Part shown: one piece after another, positions 62,593 to 64,000 of the stretch | Numbering within the stretch: position 1 is the stretch's first letter | Layout of the letters: each line of letters starts with the position of its first letter | Assembly: GCA_030610855.1 (NCBI GenBank) | Contig: JAUWQY010000004.1 | Span: 9,382 to 73,381, forward strand | From: Dehalococcoidia bacterium | Lineage (GTDB): Bacteria; Chloroflexota; Dehalococcoidia; GIF9; AB-539-J10 | Length of the DNA: 64,000 nucleotides | Direction of reading: 5' to 3' | The notes under the pieces: model-generated | Databases searched by the model: none | What the model saw: the letters and a program-made list of their open reading frames with translations, nothing else | Told to the model about the DNA's origin: nothing | Position numbers and translations under genes: made by a program

Positions 62593-62754
62593 AAGAATGT
62601 AGTTGCCCAATTTGCTGGGCCGCCTCTTTTGTGATTGCGAGTCCCGATGCAATCGGGACGAAGCAATCTCGTGGAGGGGTATGAGATTGCCGCGCCCCGA
62701 CAAGTCGGGGCTGGCGACGACACTGGAAAACTGCCTGATGAATCAAGCAACTAC
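62593..62754. repeat. ~160-nt repeat module, copy 2 (class-A core 62631-62718 plus shared flanks), between panD and panB
   Basis: See copy 1. The central sub-hairpin differs (GTCCCGATgcaATCGGGAC here, GGCAGCCGAAGGCAGCC in copy 1). Confidence 0.85.
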
Positions 62755-62783
62755 AAAGATCTGAAGGTGGCAGGAGGGAGACA

Positions 62784-63665
62784 ATGCGGGTTACCATCAC
62801 CGAGATAAGACAGATGAAGCATAGGAAAGAAAAGATACCTATGCTCACCGCTTATGATTACGTGACGGCCAGGATGGTTGATGAAGCGGGCGTGCCTCTG
62901 ATACTGGTTGGAGATAGCCTGGGGATGGTGATGCTGGGCTACGAGTCAACCATCCCGGTGACCATGGATGATATGATCCACCATACCAAAGCTGTAGTCA
63001 GAGGTGCTAAGAAAGCCTTAATAATAGGCGACATGCCGTTCATGAGTTACCATATCAGCCTCTCCGACGCTTTATCCAATGCTGCAAGATTCATTCAGGA
63101 AGGAGGAGCACAGGCCGTCAAGATGGAGGGTGGCGAGGTCGTCGCTGAACAGGTCAGACGCCTTGTGGGCTGCGGCATCCCGGTCATGGGGCACATTGGA
63201 CTTACTCCGCAGTCGATACATCAACTGGGAGGATTCAAGGCACAGGGCAAGGCGGTGAAGGAAGCCAAGAAGCTGCTCGATGATGCTCGTATATTGGAGG
63301 AAGCCGGCGCCTTTGCCATCGTTCTGGAATGCACTCCGGCGCCCCTTTCCGAGCTCATTACTCAAAGGCTGGCTATCCCCACGATTGGCATCGGCGCCGG
63401 GCCTGGTTGTGACGGTCAGGTTCAGGTAATCAGCGATATTCTGGGCCTCTACACCGACTTTGTACCCAAGCATGCCAAACAATACGCCAGGTTAGCCGGG
63501 GAAATCAGAAATGCTGTTGCCGATTACATGTCTGAAGTCAAGTCTCTCGCTTTCCCCACTGACGAACAGAGCTACACCATGGACGAAAGCGTCATCAAAC
63601 AGCTACAGGCGGAAAGCGTCAACGATGTCGTTGCGAGCGAAGCCAAGCAATCCAAATGCAGGTAA
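62784..63665 (+). CDS. panB: 3-methyl-2-oxobutanoate hydroxymethyltransferase (PanB copy 2, in pan cluster)
   Basis: [30 protein letters not shown] and GHIGLTPQS are present. The C-terminal [12 protein letters not shown] is encoded by a repeat-arm-like sequence. Confidence 0.92.
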   Translation: MRVTITEIRQMKHRKEKIPMLTAYDYVTARMVDEAGVPLILVGDSLGMVMLGYESTIPVTMDDMIHHTKAVVRGAKKALIIGDMPFMSYHISLSDALSNAARFIQEGGAQAVKMEGGEVVAEQVRRLVGCGIPVMGHIGLTPQSIHQLGGFKAQGKAVKEAKKLLDDARILEEAGAFAIVLECTPAPLSELITQRLAIPTIGIGAGPGCDGQVQVISDILGLYTDFVPKHAKQYARLAGEIRNAVADYMSEVKSLAFPTDEQSYTMDESVIKQLQAESVNDVVASEAKQSKCR

Positions 63666-64000
63666 TAGAAACAATCGCCGAGCTGATGGCACTAAGGCAG
63701 CAGCTCAGCGACGCGGTGGGTTTTGTTCCCACGATGGGCTATCTTCATCAGGGGCACCTGGCTTTAGTGAAGCGTGCCAGAACGGAGAATTCCGCCGTTG
63801 TTGTTAGCATCTACGTCAATCCCGCTCAATTTGGTCTCAGGGAGGATTTTGCCGGCTATCCCCGAGAGCTTGATCGTGACTTTGAACTGCTCCAAAGGGA
63901 GAAGGCAGATATCATCTTCGTCCCCTCCGATGCCGAGATGTACCCGCCCGAATTTAGTAGCTGGATAGACGTACAGAAAGTAACCGAGCGGCTCGAAGGA
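63655..64000 (+). CDS. panC: pantoate--beta-alanine ligase (3' end outside window)
   Basis: My own translation from ATG 63655 is [42 protein letters not shown]...[10 protein letters not shown]. It overlaps the panB stop by 11 nt. It is absent from the ORF track because no stop lies inside the window. Confidence 0.9.

Noticed and set aside
1-64000. Search for rRNA, tRNA, CRISPR arrays, transposases, integrases or prophage genes
   Set aside because: I found no cloverleaf-like T-loop (GGTTCGAATCC-type) or rRNA-like segments in the intergenic regions. I found no direct-repeat/spacer arrays and no ORF with recombinase or transposase motifs. The only repeats are palindromic intergenic elements and in-frame coding repeats.

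Overview
This 64-kb chromosomal window comes from a moderately GC-rich bacterium. The gene content includes orphan cooC-folD-fhs methyl-branch genes, a four-subunit 2-oxoacid:ferredoxin oxidoreductase, an ADP-forming acetyl-CoA synthetase, a giant double-activase/dehydratase-like fusion and many GC-rich palindromic intergenic repeats. This suggests an anaerobic Chloroflexota (Dehalococcoidia-like) lineage, but that is an inference and was not verified. I support about 55 protein genes. Housekeeping genes include serS, lysS, tilS, rplU-rpmA-rpmE, ychF, holA, queG, speD-speE and a panD-panB-panC cluster. Accessory genes include a FecR/cadherin lipoprotein with a CHASE2 cyclase and an RHH-receiver regulator. 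They also include an S8 protease, a GLUG-repeat surface protein, an ECF-sigma/beta-propeller/serpin cluster, a MarR regulator and a macro-domain protein. I saw no rRNA, tRNA, CRISPR array, transposase or integrase. The most notable observations are: (1) a stand-alone RelA/SpoT-homologue synthetase on an AT-rich islet, a candidate fused toxSAS/CapRel-type defence gene; (2) an orphan consensus promoter-to-terminator unit encoding a ~120-nt small RNA candidate; (3) a promoter plus terminated leader in front of the pantothenate operon, a possible pan-motif-like riboregulator; (4) two families of palindromic repeats, including a ~160-nt module duplicated upstream of two unrelated genes and repeat copies that have become coding sequence at gene 3' ends; (5) a second panB paralogue translationally coupled to an unknown gene and divergent from a 1384-aa double-activase fusion; (6) rplU probably starting at a non-canonical AUC codon. 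All family names come from motif recognition by eye; no database search was run.
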